The translations under genes and the position numbers were made by a program. Shown here piece by piece: positions 18,875 through 28,307 of a stretch of DNA of 64,000 bases. The notes under the pieces are model-generated. The model saw only the letters and a program-made list of their open reading frames with translations. It did not search any database and was not told where the DNA came from. Origin of the DNA: Sphingomonas sp. (lineage in GTDB: Bacteria > Pseudomonadota > Alphaproteobacteria > Sphingomonadales > Sphingomonadaceae); NCBI RefSeq assembly GCF_017304635.1, contig NZ_JAFKMA010000002.1, forward strand, positions 327,244 through 391,243. The letters are read 5' to 3'. Every line of letters starts with the position of its first letter. The stretch's first letter is position 1.

Positions 18875-19822
18875 ATGAACGACGTGGCGGGCACGGTGAA
18901 CGAAGCGGCGGCGGTGCCGGCAGGGCATTGGGCCGTGGCCGCCGACCAGCGCGCGCGGCCGCTCTGGCTGCGTTGGGCCGGGCCGATCCTGTCGATCGCG
19001 ATCATCGGCGCGGTCATCAACGCCTTCGGCGCGCGCGACCTGGTCGAATTGTGGCGGTCGCTGCCGCGCTCGCCGCTGTTCTGGGCGACGCTGGCGCTGT
19101 TGTGGGCGGCGACGCCGGTCGCCGACTTCCTGATCTTCCGCGGTTTGTGGGGATTGCCGCTGGCCGGCCTCGCCGCGCTGTTCCGCAAGGCGGCGACCAA
19201 CGAGCTGGTGTTCGGTTATACCGGCGAGCTGCAATTCTACGTCTGGGCGCGGCGGCATGCCGACATTCCGGGATCGCCGTTCGGCGCGGTGCGCGACGTC
19301 GCGGTGCTGTCGGCGCTGGTCGGCAACGTCGTGACCATCGTGCTGCTGGCGATGGCGCTGCCGGTGCTGGGGCAGGCGCGGATCAACCCGCTCGGTCCCG
19401 ATCTCGTCTGGTCGGCGATCGCGCTGATCGGCTCGTCGATGGCCGTCATGCTGTTCCGCCACCGCCTGTTCGCGCTGAGCCGCTGGCAATTCTGGCGGAT
19501 CGCCGCGATCCACCTGGCGCGCGCGGTGATCGTCACGATCCTGTTCGCGATCCTGTGGTATCTGGTCCAGCCGAGTATTGCGCTCGGTTGGTGGGTCGTC
19601 CTTGCCGCGGCTCGCCAATTCGTCACGCGATTGCCGTTTCTGCCCAACAAGGACCTTGTTTTCGCCGGATTGACTGCCCAGTTGCTGAGCGGAGACCCCA
19701 ACCTGACCGACACCGTGGTATTGGTGGCGACGTTGTTCGCGGCGGGTCAGGTGCTGATCGGAGGCGCGCTCGCGGTGGTCGACTTGGTGCGCGAAGCGGC
19801 GTTGCGACGGAAGGCAGGCTGA
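18875..19822 (+). CDS. Multi-TM protein resembling the LPG-synthase TM/flippase-like family
   Basis: About 8 hydrophobic segments; YTGELQFYVWAR; overlaps the start of the GT gene. Confidence 0.65.
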   Translation: MNDVAGTVNEAAAVPAGHWAVAADQRARPLWLRWAGPILSIAIIGAVINAFGARDLVELWRSLPRSPLFWATLALLWAATPVADFLIFRGLWGLPLAGLAALFRKAATNELVFGYTGELQFYVWARRHADIPGSPFGAVRDVAVLSALVGNVVTIVLLAMALPVLGQARINPLGPDLVWSAIALIGSSMAVMLFRHRLFALSRWQFWRIAAIHLARAVIVTILFAILWYLVQPSIALGWWVVLAAARQFVTRLPFLPNKDLVFAGLTAQLLSGDPNLTDTVVLVATLFAAGQVLIGGALAVVDLVREAALRRKAG

Positions 19823-20994
19823 TGCGGATCGTCGATGTCTGTGCGTTCTACACGCCCGCCGGCGGCGGGGTGAAGACCTATGTCGAGCGCAAGCTGAAGG
19901 CGGGTCCGGCGGCGGGGCACGAGATCGTCATCCTGGCGCCCGGCGCGCGCGACGAGGTCACCAAGGTCGCGCCCGGCGCGATCGTCGCGACGATCGCCGC
20001 GCCGCGTTTCCCGCTCGACCGTAACTATCGCTATTTCGACGACGAGGCCCGGCTGCACGCAGCGCTCGATACCTGGGCGCCCGATCTGGTCGAGGTGGCG
20101 TCGCCTTGGACCAGCGCGTCGATGGTCGGTCGCTGGCAAGGCGCCGCGCCGCGCGCGCTCATCATGCATGCCGACCCGCTGTCGGCCTATGCCTATCGCT
20201 GGCTCGAAGGGCTGATGTCGCGTGAGACGATCGACCGGCGGTTCGACTGGTACTGGCGGCATCTGCGGCGGCTGAACGAGCAGTTCGATTTCGTCGTGAG
20301 CGCCAGCGACAACCTGACCCAGCGCCTGCGCGACGGCGAGGTCGACAAGGCGCGGACGATCCCGATGGGGGTCGAGCCCGGCCATTTCTCGCCGACCCTG
20401 CGCGACGAGGCGGTGCGCGCCGAGATGCTCGCGCAATGCGGCCTGCCCGAGGATGCGACGTTGCTGATCGGGCTCGGTCGGATGGCGCCTGAAAAGCGCT
20501 GGCCGATGGTGATCGAGGCGGTGCTGGCGGCGGGATCGAGCCATGCGATCGGGCTGGTGCTGATGGGGCAGGGCCGCGACCGGGCCAAGGTGATCCGCGC
20601 GACCCAGCGGTCGCCGCATATCGCGGTGCTGCCCCCGGTCGGCGATCGCGCCCGGCTGGCGCGCGTGATGGCGAGCGCCGATGCCCTGATCCACGGTTGC
20701 GAGGCGGAGACGTTCTGCATGGTCGCGGCCGAAGGCGCGGCGAGCGGCCTGCCGCTGATCCTGCCCGACCGTGGCGGCGCGGCGGATCATTTCCGCTGGG
20801 GTCGCGGCGCCCAGTATCTCGCCAACGATACGCGACATCTGGCGGCGCAGCTGACCGACTTCCTCGACGACGATCCCGCCGCGCATCGCCGCCGCGCGAC
20901 GCTCGCCGCACCGCGCGTCCGGACGATGGACGACCACTTCATCGAGTTGTTCGACCTGTATCAGGGCCGCGTCGCGCGGCGTGTCGCCGCCTAA
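19822..20994 (+). CDS. GT4-like glycosyltransferase
   Basis: MRIVDVCAFYTPAGGGVKTY, GRMAPEKR and ETFCMVAAEGAASGLP (EX7E motif). Confidence 0.9.
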   Translation: MRIVDVCAFYTPAGGGVKTYVERKLKAGPAAGHEIVILAPGARDEVTKVAPGAIVATIAAPRFPLDRNYRYFDDEARLHAALDTWAPDLVEVASPWTSASMVGRWQGAAPRALIMHADPLSAYAYRWLEGLMSRETIDRRFDWYWRHLRRLNEQFDFVVSASDNLTQRLRDGEVDKARTIPMGVEPGHFSPTLRDEAVRAEMLAQCGLPEDATLLIGLGRMAPEKRWPMVIEAVLAAGSSHAIGLVLMGQGRDRAKVIRATQRSPHIAVLPPVGDRARLARVMASADALIHGCEAETFCMVAAEGAASGLPLILPDRGGAADHFRWGRGAQYLANDTRHLAAQLTDFLDDDPAAHRRRATLAAPRVRTMDDHFIELFDLYQGRVARRVAA

Positions 20995-21044
20995 GTCGAC
21001 GATCCCGACTTGAAGCGCGGCGCGCGGGGTGCCAAGCGACCGCG

Positions 21045-24000
21045 ATGGCGGAAACCGGCAGACCCGTATTCTACGATCCCTCCGGCCGGCGGCGGCGCCG
21101 TTTCCTGGTCGCGGTCATCGCGTTCGTCGGACTACTGCTGATCTCGGCAACGTTGTTCGCCGCCTCGATCGGGCTCGTCGTCCCGCAGCCGCTGCTGCCG
21201 ATCAGCGCGGAACATCCCGAACAGCACAAGCTGGCGCCGCCACACGACACGCTGCTCGACCGCACACGGCGGACGATCGACTGGTATGCGCGCCGGATCA
21301 CTGGCACGACCCGGCGACAGGTCGCGAAGAGCGCCGGCAACGTGCCGCTGGCGATCGCCTTCCACGTGCCGTGGGACTCGGCCTCGGCCGATTCGCTGCG
21401 CCGGCACATCAACGAGCTCGACTGGGTGATTCCGGGCTGGGTGTCGGTGACGGGGCCGAACCACCAGATCACCACCGACCCCGACACCGCCGGGCGCGCG
21501 GTCATCAACGGCGCGACGCGGCGGCCGCTGATCCTGCCGATGGTCGCCAACATCCAGAACGGCGTGTGGGACCCGACCGGCATCGCCGCGATGCTGCACG
21601 ACCCGAAGCTGCGCAAGAAATTCCTCGACTGGCTCGAACCGTGGCTGGTCGCCAACCATAGCGGCGGCGCCTTCTTCGATTTCGAGCAATTGCCGCCGTC
21701 GTCGCAGGCCGACTATCTCGCCTTCATGCGCGAGGCGAATACACGCTTCGACCGCCATGGCTGGGTGATCGCGATGGCGGTGCCGGTCGGCGACCCGGCG
21801 TGGAAGATCGCCGATTATGCGAAGATCGTCGATCGTGTCTTCCTGATGGCATATGACGAGCACGAGAATTCGGGCGAGCCGGGCCCGGTCGCGTCGCAGT
21901 CGTGGTTCGCCAAGTCGGTCGCCGACGCCGCGCGCGGCGTGCCCGCCGACAAGCTGGTCGTGACGATCGGCAATTACGGCTATCACTGGTATCCCGGCGG
22001 CGGCGATCCGGTGACGGTCGAGGAAGCGTGGCAGGCCGCGCGCGATTCGGACACGGTGCCGGTGTTCGACAAGGCGAGCGGCAATTCGGGTTTCGCGTAC
22101 GAAGGCGACGACGGCAAGCGCAACGTCGTCTGGTTCCTTGACGCGGCGTCCGCCTACAACCAGATCGCGTTCCTCCGCCGCGCCGGCATCGGCGGCGTCG
22201 CGCTGTGGCGATTGGGCGCGGAAGATCCGGGTCTCTGGTCGATCTTCGGCCGGTCGTACCCGACGCTGCCGGCGGCTTCGGTCATCGATACGATCCCGAT
22301 GGGGACGGACATCGACATCGAAGGCGCGGGCGAGATCCTGCGGATCGCGGCGACCCCGGCCGACGGCCATCGCACGGTGATGACCGCGCGCGACGGCACC
22401 ATCGCCGCGGTCGATTTCGAGAAGCTGCCCAGCCAGTACGTGATCGAGCGCAGCGGCTACAGCCCGACCAAGATCGCGCTGACGTTCGACGACGGGCCCG
22501 ATTCGACGTGGACGCCGCAGATCCTCGACATCCTGAAGCGCGAGCATGTCCCCGCCACCTTCTTCATCGTCGGCGAGAATGCGCTGACCGAGCGCGGCCT
22601 GCTCAATCGCATGGTGGCGGAGGGGCATGAGGTCGGCAGCCACACCTACACCCACCCCAACCTGGCCGGCGCGTCCGATACCCAGACCGACCTCCAGCTC
22701 AACGCCACGCAGCGGCTGTTCCAGGCGTTCACCGGGCGCTCGCTCAAGCTGTTCCGCGCGCCCTATTTCGGCGACGCCGAACCGACCACCGCCGACGAAA
22801 TCGGGCCGGTCCTGCAAGCGCAGAAGCGCGGCTACATCTCGGTCGGCCTCCACGTCGACGCCGAGGACTGGCAGCGGCCGGGCGTGCAGGCGATCATCGA
22901 CAATGTCATCAACGGCGTGAAGCTCGGCAATACGGGCTGCGTCGGCGGCGACAATACGAATTGCAGCCACAACATCGTCCTGCTCCACGACGCTGGCGGC
23001 AACCGCGCCCAGACGGTCGAGGCGTTGCCGGTCATCATCGATCGGCTGCGGGCTATGGGCTACACGTTCGTGCCCGTCTCCGACCTGGCCGGGATCAGCC
23101 GCGACGTCGCAATGCCGCCGATCTCCGCCAGCGACCGCACCGCGGCGGAGATCGACCTGTTCCTGTTCGGCACGCTGGGTGCGATCGTCACCGCACTGGG
23201 GTGGATCTTCACCTTCGCCATCTCGATCGGCATCCTGCGCGCGCTGCTGCTGTCGGCGCTGGCTTTGATCCAGGCGCGACGCGAGGGCCGGACAGTGTTT
23301 CCGGCGATCGATCCCGACCGCTTCGTGACCGTGATGATCCCGGCGTTCAACGAGGAGCGCGTGATCGAACGCTCGGTCCGCACCGTGCTCGCCTCGACCG
23401 ACGTGCGGATCGAAGTGATCGTGATCGACGACGGGTCGAAGGACGCGACCAGCGCCATCGTGACCGAGAAGTTCGGCGACGATCCCCGCGTCCGATTGCT
23501 GACGCTGAAGAATGGCGGCAAGGCGCGGGCGCTCAACGAGGGGCTGGAGCTGGCCAAGGGCGAGATCGTCATCGCGCTCGACGCCGACACCCAGTTCGAA
23601 CCGACCACGATCGCGCGGCTGGCGCGCTGGTTCGTCGATCCGAAGCTCGGCGCGGTCGCGGGCAATGCCAAGGTCGGCAACCGCGTCAACGTCGTCACTC
23701 GGTGGCAGGCGCTCGAATACGTCACCGCGCAGAACCTGGAACGCCGCGCGCTCGCCGGGCTGGGCGCGATGATGGTGGTGCCGGGCGCGGTCGGCGCGTG
23801 GCGGCTGGCGGCGATCCGCGAGGTCGGCGGCTATCCGCACGACACGCTCGCCGAGGACCAGGACCTGACGATCGCGATCCAGCGGGCCGGCTGGCACGTG
23901 ACCTACGACCAATATGCCGTCGCCTGGACCGAAAGTCCCGAGAGCTTCCGCGGCCTCGCCAAGCAGCGGTTTCGCTGGGCGTACGGCACGCTGCAATGCC

Positions 24001-24446
24001 TGTGGAAGCACGGCCGCATCCTGCGCACCGGCAAACCGCGCGGGCTGGCGTTCATCGGCGTGCCGCAGGCGATCACGTTCCAGATCGTGCTGGCGGCGAT
24101 CAGTCCGATCATCGACCTCGCGCTCATCATCAGCTTCATCACCACCTGGCTCGCGATCCAGGCGCATGGCTGGGCGCAGACCGAAGGCGACGTGCAGAAG
24201 ATGCTGGCCTATTGGCTGATCTTCACCGCGATCGACATGCTGTCCGCGATCATCGCCTTCGCGTTGGAGCGGCGGGAGAAGTGGCGGCTGCTGTGGCTGC
24301 TGGTGCCGCAGCGCGTCGGGTATCGCCAGATCATGTATTATGTCGTGCTGAAGGCGATCACCCAGGCGGTGCGCGGGCCGAGCGTCGGCTGGGGCAAGCT
24401 CGCGCGGACGGGCCGGGCGACGGCGGGATCGGGACGGGCGGCCTGA
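21045..24446 (+). CDS. GH18-like / NodB deacetylase / GT2 synthase fusion
   Basis: FLMAYDEH and GVALWRLG (GH18-like); LTFDDGP, GSHTYTHP and LLHDAG (NodB); DDGSKD, LDADT, LAEDQD and KQRFRW (processive GT2); flanking TM segments. Confidence 0.9.
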   Translation: MAETGRPVFYDPSGRRRRRFLVAVIAFVGLLLISATLFAASIGLVVPQPLLPISAEHPEQHKLAPPHDTLLDRTRRTIDWYARRITGTTRRQVAKSAGNVPLAIAFHVPWDSASADSLRRHINELDWVIPGWVSVTGPNHQITTDPDTAGRAVINGATRRPLILPMVANIQNGVWDPTGIAAMLHDPKLRKKFLDWLEPWLVANHSGGAFFDFEQLPPSSQADYLAFMREANTRFDRHGWVIAMAVPVGDPAWKIADYAKIVDRVFLMAYDEHENSGEPGPVASQSWFAKSVADAARGVPADKLVVTIGNYGYHWYPGGGDPVTVEEAWQAARDSDTVPVFDKASGNSGFAYEGDDGKRNVVWFLDAASAYNQIAFLRRAGIGGVALWRLGAEDPGLWSIFGRSYPTLPAASVIDTIPMGTDIDIEGAGEILRIAATPADGHRTVMTARDGTIAAVDFEKLPSQYVIERSGYSPTKIALTFDDGPDSTWTPQILDILKREHVPATFFIVGENALTERGLLNRMVAEGHEVGSHTYTHPNLAGASDTQTDLQLNATQRLFQAFTGRSLKLFRAPYFGDAEPTTADEIGPVLQAQKRGYISVGLHVDAEDWQRPGVQAIIDNVINGVKLGNTGCVGGDNTNCSHNIVLLHDAGGNRAQTVEALPVIIDRLRAMGYTFVPVSDLAGISRDVAMPPISASDRTAAEIDLFLFGTLGAIVTALGWIFTFAISIGILRALLLSALALIQARREGRTVFPAIDPDRFVTVMIPAFNEERVIERSVRTVLASTDVRIEVIVIDDGSKDATSAIVTEKFGDDPRVRLLTLKNGGKARALNEGLELAKGEIVIALDADTQFEPTTIARLARWFVDPKLGAVAGNAKVGNRVNVVTRWQALEYVTAQNLERRALAGLGAMMVVPGAVGAWRLAAIREVGGYPHDTLAEDQDLTIAIQRAGWHVTYDQYAVAWTESPESFRGLAKQRFRWAYGTLQCLWKHGRILRTGKPRGLAFIGVPQAITFQIVLAAISPIIDLALIISFITTWLAIQAHGWAQTEGDVQKMLAYWLIFTAIDMLSAIIAFALERREKWRLLWLLVPQRVGYRQIMYYVVLKAITQAVRGPSVGWGKLARTGRATAGSGRAA

Positions 24447-24501
24447 TCTCTGGCGCGAACGAGGAGTAGTGCGGCGACCGGCGGCGATGTATGCCGCTGG
24501 G

Positions 24502-25275
24502 ATGCTTGCTCGTCTTTCCCGTCGTCTGGTGCTCGCCGGTGTCGCGGCCTTGGCGGTCGGCGCCGCGCCGGCGCCCACGGCCCCGGTCGTGCTCGCCGCC
24601 GCGTCGTTGCAGGAATCGATGACCGCCGCCGCCGATGCCTGGGCGCGGGCAGGGCATCCGCGCCCGGTCATTTCGTTTGCCGCATCCTCGACCCTCGCGC
24701 GGCAAGTGGAGGCGGGGGCGCCGGCCGATCTGTTCGTGTCGGCCGACGAGGAATGGATGGATGTGCTGGCGGCGAAGAAGCTGCTCGCGCCCGGCACCCG
24801 CGCCGATCTCGTCGGCAACCGGCTCGTCGTGGTGGAGGCGGCGGGCAGGCATAGTCGGATCCCGCTCGGCGGCGCGGCGCTGGCGCGCGTGCTGGGGGGC
24901 GCCGCACTGGCGATGGCCGATCCCGACAGCGTGCCCGCCGGCAAGTACGGCAAGGCGGCGCTGCAAAAGCTCGGTGCGTGGAACGTCGTCGCATCGCGCG
25001 TCGTGCGAGCGGAAAACGTCCGCGCCGCGCTGGCGCTGATCGAACGCGGCGCGGCGCCGTTCGGGATCGTCTACCTGACCGACGCCAAGGCCTCGACCAA
25101 AGTACGCGTCGCCGGGATCTTCCCCGCGACGAGCCATCCGCCGATCGTCTACCCGATCGCGCGGATCGCGGTGTCGACCAATCCGCAAGGGGAGGGGTTC
25201 CGTCGCTTCCTGCTGTCCGCGACCGGTCGCGCGGTGTTCGCGCGCTACGGCTTTTCCACCCCGCGCAGCCGGTGA
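24502..25275 (+). CDS. modA: Molybdate ABC transporter substrate-binding protein
   Basis: AAASLQE, AASSTLARQVEAGAPADLFVSA and VPAGKYG motifs. Confidence 0.93.
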   Translation: MLARLSRRLVLAGVAALAVGAAPAPTAPVVLAAASLQESMTAAADAWARAGHPRPVISFAASSTLARQVEAGAPADLFVSADEEWMDVLAAKKLLAPGTRADLVGNRLVVVEAAGRHSRIPLGGAALARVLGGAALAMADPDSVPAGKYGKAALQKLGAWNVVASRVVRAENVRAALALIERGAAPFGIVYLTDAKASTKVRVAGIFPATSHPPIVYPIARIAVSTNPQGEGFRRFLLSATGRAVFARYGFSTPRSR

Positions 25276-25278
25276 CGT

Positions 25279-25953
25279 TTGACCGCTGACGAATGGAGCA
25301 TCGTCGCGCTGTCGCTCAAGGTCGGGCTGGTCGCGACCGGGGCGACGCTGCCGATCGCGTTCGCGCTAGCGTGGTTGCTCGCGCGGGGACGGTTTCGCGG
25401 CAAGATCCTGCTCGAGGCGATCGTGTACCTGCCGCTGGTGGTGCCGCCGGTGGTGACCGGATGGCTGCTGCTGCTCGCGTTCGCGCCGGCCGGGCCGCTC
25501 GGTCGGCTCGGCATCGATGTGCTGTTCAAGTGGAGCGGCGCCGCGATCGCAGCAGGCGTGATGGCGTTGCCGCTGATGGTGCGCGCGATCCGCTTGTCGA
25601 TCGAAGCGGTCGATCGCCGGCTGGAGAATGTCGCGCGCACGCTCGGCGCCGGGCGCTGGCGGACGTTCCGCACGATCACGCTGCCGCTGAGCCTGCCCGG
25701 CGTGCTGGCGGGCGCGGTACTCGGTTTCGCGCGCTCGCTCGGCGAGTTCGGCGCGACGATCACCTTCGTGTCGAACGTGCCGGGGGAAACGCAGACGCTG
25801 CCGCTCGCGATCTACGCCGCGTTGCAGCGGCCCGACGGCGACGCGATCGTGCTGCGGCTGTCGGCGCTGTCGGTCGGCGTCGCGCTGGTCGCGCTGATCG
25901 CGTCCGAGCTGCTTGCGCGGCGGATGCGGGTGGGGCAGGTCCATGGCGTTTGA
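25279..25953 (+). CDS. modB: Molybdate ABC transporter permease
   Basis: LPLVVPPVVTG, FARSLGEFGAT and TQTLPLAIY; TTG start. Confidence 0.93.
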   Translation: MTADEWSIVALSLKVGLVATGATLPIAFALAWLLARGRFRGKILLEAIVYLPLVVPPVVTGWLLLLAFAPAGPLGRLGIDVLFKWSGAAIAAGVMALPLMVRAIRLSIEAVDRRLENVARTLGAGRWRTFRTITLPLSLPGVLAGAVLGFARSLGEFGATITFVSNVPGETQTLPLAIYAALQRPDGDAIVLRLSALSVGVALVALIASELLARRMRVGQVHGV

Positions 25954-26545
25954 CCTCGACCTCGCCAAGCGGGTCGGCGACGTCGACATCGCGCTGCGAC
26001 TGGCGGCGGGGGAAGGACTAACGGTCCTGTTCGGCCCCTCGGGTATCGGCAAGACGAGCGTGCTCAACATGGTCGCCGGGCTGCTGACGCCGGATCGCGG
26101 GCATATCCGTGTCGGCGGCGTAACGCTGTTCGACATGGGCACCGACCTGCGCCCGGAGCAACGCCGCGCCGGCTACGTTTTCCAGGAACCGCGCCTGTTC
26201 CCGCACCTGCGCGTGGCGGGCAACCTGCGCTACGCCGGTGCGAAGGAGACGATGATCGACGTCGTCGCGCAATTGCTCGACATCGCGCATCTGCTCGATC
26301 GCTGGCCGCGGACATTGTCGGGGGGCGAGGCGAAGCGCGTCGCGATCGGCCGTGCGCTGCTCAGCGACCCCGCCTTCCTGCTGCTCGACGAGCCCACCGC
26401 CTCGCTCGACCGCGCTCGCGCCGCCGAAGTCGAACGCGCGATCCTCGACATCCGCGACCGGCTCGGCCTGCCGATCCTGATGGTCACCCACGACCGCGCC
26501 GAAGCCGACCGCCTGGCGACCCGTGTGGTGGAAATGGGGCGGTAA
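25943..26545 (+). CDS. modC: Molybdate ABC transporter ATPase (short form, no TOBE domain)
   Basis: GPSGIGKTS, VFQEPRLFPH, LSGGEAKR and LLLDEP. Confidence 0.9.
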   Translation: MAFDLDLAKRVGDVDIALRLAAGEGLTVLFGPSGIGKTSVLNMVAGLLTPDRGHIRVGGVTLFDMGTDLRPEQRRAGYVFQEPRLFPHLRVAGNLRYAGAKETMIDVVAQLLDIAHLLDRWPRTLSGGEAKRVAIGRALLSDPAFLLLDEPTASLDRARAAEVERAILDIRDRLGLPILMVTHDRAEADRLATRVVEMGR

Positions 26546-26552
26546 ACCAGAA

Positions 26553-26580
26553 CGGGCCGGCGGATCGCTCCACCGGCCCG
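26553..26580. terminator. Hairpin between convergent genes
   Basis: CGGGCCGG...CCGGCCCG stem. Confidence 0.5.
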
Positions 26581-26600
26581 CATCAATTTGGCGTCGGCGC

Positions 26601-26981
26601 TTACTTGCCGGCGGTCGTCGCCGGGCCGGTGAACTTGATCGCGGTGCCGGTCGCGTTGGTTTTGCCCCAGCTGAACGCGGTGACGTGCGAATTGCCGTAA
26701 CTGGCCTTGATGACCGCATCTGCGCCCATCTTTTCCGCACGTTCCCACAGTTCGTGGTAGATCTTCTTCTGCGACGCTTCCTTGCTGAAGATCGTCGCCT
26801 TGCGCACACCCGCCTTTACTTCGCCGATCACCGTATAGGGCCGGTCGGTGATGTCGTACGGAAAGACGGGGACGCCCATCTCTTCGTTGACGATGACGTA
26901 TTTCTTGGGATCGTCCTTCGCCATAGCGGTCGTCGCAGCCGCCGCCAGCGCAAGCGCCAGCGTGATCTTCAAAACCTTCAT
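26601..26981 (-). CDS. Secreted small protein, YbjQ/UPF0145-like fold
   Basis: Signal peptide; PYTVIGEV, AEKMGADAVI and ATGTAIKF motifs; 126 aa. Confidence 0.7.
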   Translation of the reverse strand: MKVLKITLALALAAAATTAMAKDDPKKYVIVNEEMGVPVFPYDITDRPYTVIGEVKAGVRKATIFSKEASQKKIYHELWERAEKMGADAVIKASYGNSHVTAFSWGKTNATGTAIKFTGPATTAGK

Positions 26982-27115
26982 TGATCGAACCCCCTTTGAT
27001 TCGGTCGCTTGGACCCGCGACCGTGGCCGAGATTGGCCGATTTCATCGCCGCTCGCAACGTATTGCCCCGGCGACTTGGTTCGTGGCAGCATGCGACAGT
27101 TCAAGGGGGAGCATC

Positions 27116-27718
27116 ATGATCGCGATTTCATTGATGGCGGCGCTGGCCGCCGGGCAGACAGCCGCGCCGGTGCCCGTGGCCGTCACGCCCATCGTAACGG
27201 TACCGGTCGTGGCATCGGCCGCAATCGTCCCGGTCAAGCCGACGATCGTCACCATCCCGACCGATACGCCCGTCGAACTGATGGCGGTGACCGAAGTCAC
27301 CACCGCCAACGTCCATGCCGGCTCTCGCTTCAAGCTGCGGGTCAATCGCGCGATCGAGGTGGACGGTCGCGTCGTCGTGCCGGTCGGCGCCTGGGCGTGG
27401 GGCGAGATCACGAGCGCGCGCGATGCCGGTGGGCTCGGCAAGTCGGGCCAAATGACCGGGCACTTGCTCTATCTTCAGGTCGGCGAGGCGCAGGTGCCGC
27501 TGGAAGGAGATGTCAAGGCGAAGGGGACGGGGGCCGGTTCGGCCGGCGCCGCGGTGCTGATGGCGGGTGTGCTCGGCCTGTTCGCGCGCGGCAACAACGC
27601 CAAAATCAAGGCTGGCGAGATCGTCATGGGCTTCGTGTCCGCGCCGGTGGCGCTCGAGATGGCCGGCCCTGTGCCGCACGCGGTCGATGCGGTCGCCGAT
27701 CGATCGGCGGTCAAATGA
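27116..27718 (+). CDS. Secreted hypothetical protein (beta-rich, TrbI-like core), paralogue A
   Basis: GGGGAG RBS; IPTDTPVEL...VDGRVVVPVG...GEIT.AR..G..GKSG. Confidence 0.75.
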   Translation: MIAISLMAALAAGQTAAPVPVAVTPIVTVPVVASAAIVPVKPTIVTIPTDTPVELMAVTEVTTANVHAGSRFKLRVNRAIEVDGRVVVPVGAWAWGEITSARDAGGLGKSGQMTGHLLYLQVGEAQVPLEGDVKAKGTGAGSAGAAVLMAGVLGLFARGNNAKIKAGEIVMGFVSAPVALEMAGPVPHAVDAVADRSAVK

Positions 27719-28197
27719 AGCGCCACGCTGCGTTGTTGACGATGGCATCGCTCATGGCGTCGTTCCCGGCCGATGCGCGGCAGGTGGCGATCAAGGCCGG
27801 GCAGGAGGTGCCGCTGGCGACCGTCAGGCCACTGTCCAGCGCGAAGCAGGTGATGGGCGAACTGGTCGATTTCGTCACGGCGGCTGATGTCGTGATCGAC
27901 GGCACTGTCGTGGTGCCGATGGGGACGCCTGTCGTCGGCCAGGTAACCGATGCGCGCGATCGCGGTGCGGCGGGTATGTCGGGCAAGCTGGTGATCCGAC
28001 CGCTCTACATGCGCATCGGTAAGGCGATCGTCCGGCTGCGGGGTGGCAACACGCGGCAGGTCGGCATGTCGGAAGGGGAGGTCGCCTCGTTCGTGCTCAA
28101 CCCGCTGTTCTTTACGGGGCACACCGTTCGTATTCCCGCTGGCAGCCCGTTCATCGCAGTGGTCGAGAAAGAGGTGGCGGTGACGGTTAGCGAATAG
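27715..28197 (+). CDS. Secreted hypothetical protein (beta-rich, TrbI-like core), paralogue B
   Basis: ATGA overlap with paralogue A; IKAGQEVPL...IDGTVVVPMG...GQVT.AR..G..GMSG. Confidence 0.75.
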   Translation: MKRHAALLTMASLMASFPADARQVAIKAGQEVPLATVRPLSSAKQVMGELVDFVTAADVVIDGTVVVPMGTPVVGQVTDARDRGAAGMSGKLVIRPLYMRIGKAIVRLRGGNTRQVGMSEGEVASFVLNPLFFTGHTVRIPAGSPFIAVVEKEVAVTVSE

Positions 28198-28248
28198 GGC
28201 GTCCGGTTACTCATCACGTAGCGCCGACCGCTATCGAACAGACAAAAC

Positions 28249-28281
28249 AAAACCGCCGCCCGGGCATTCCCGGACGGCGGT
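28249..28281 (-). terminator. Intrinsic terminator of PEP-CTERM gene 1 (near-identical to the rpoC terminator)
   Basis: AAAACCGCCGCCCGG-gcattc-CCGGACGGCGGT. Confidence 0.75.
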
Positions 28282-28307
28282 GTTTGTCGTCGTAGCGTTG
28301 GTTCGCG

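Noticed and set aside
21132-24953. Very long antisense or alternate-frame ORFs (also 503-2353, 31220-33610, 34010-36340, 39556-41793 and many others)
   Set aside because: They overlap well-supported genes, are Arg/Ala/Gly-rich and lack family motifs; these are the shadow ORFs expected at high GC
27116-28197. Type IV secretion or conjugation locus
   Set aside because: Only a remote VirB10-like motif impression; no VirB4, VirD4, relaxase or other T4SS genes
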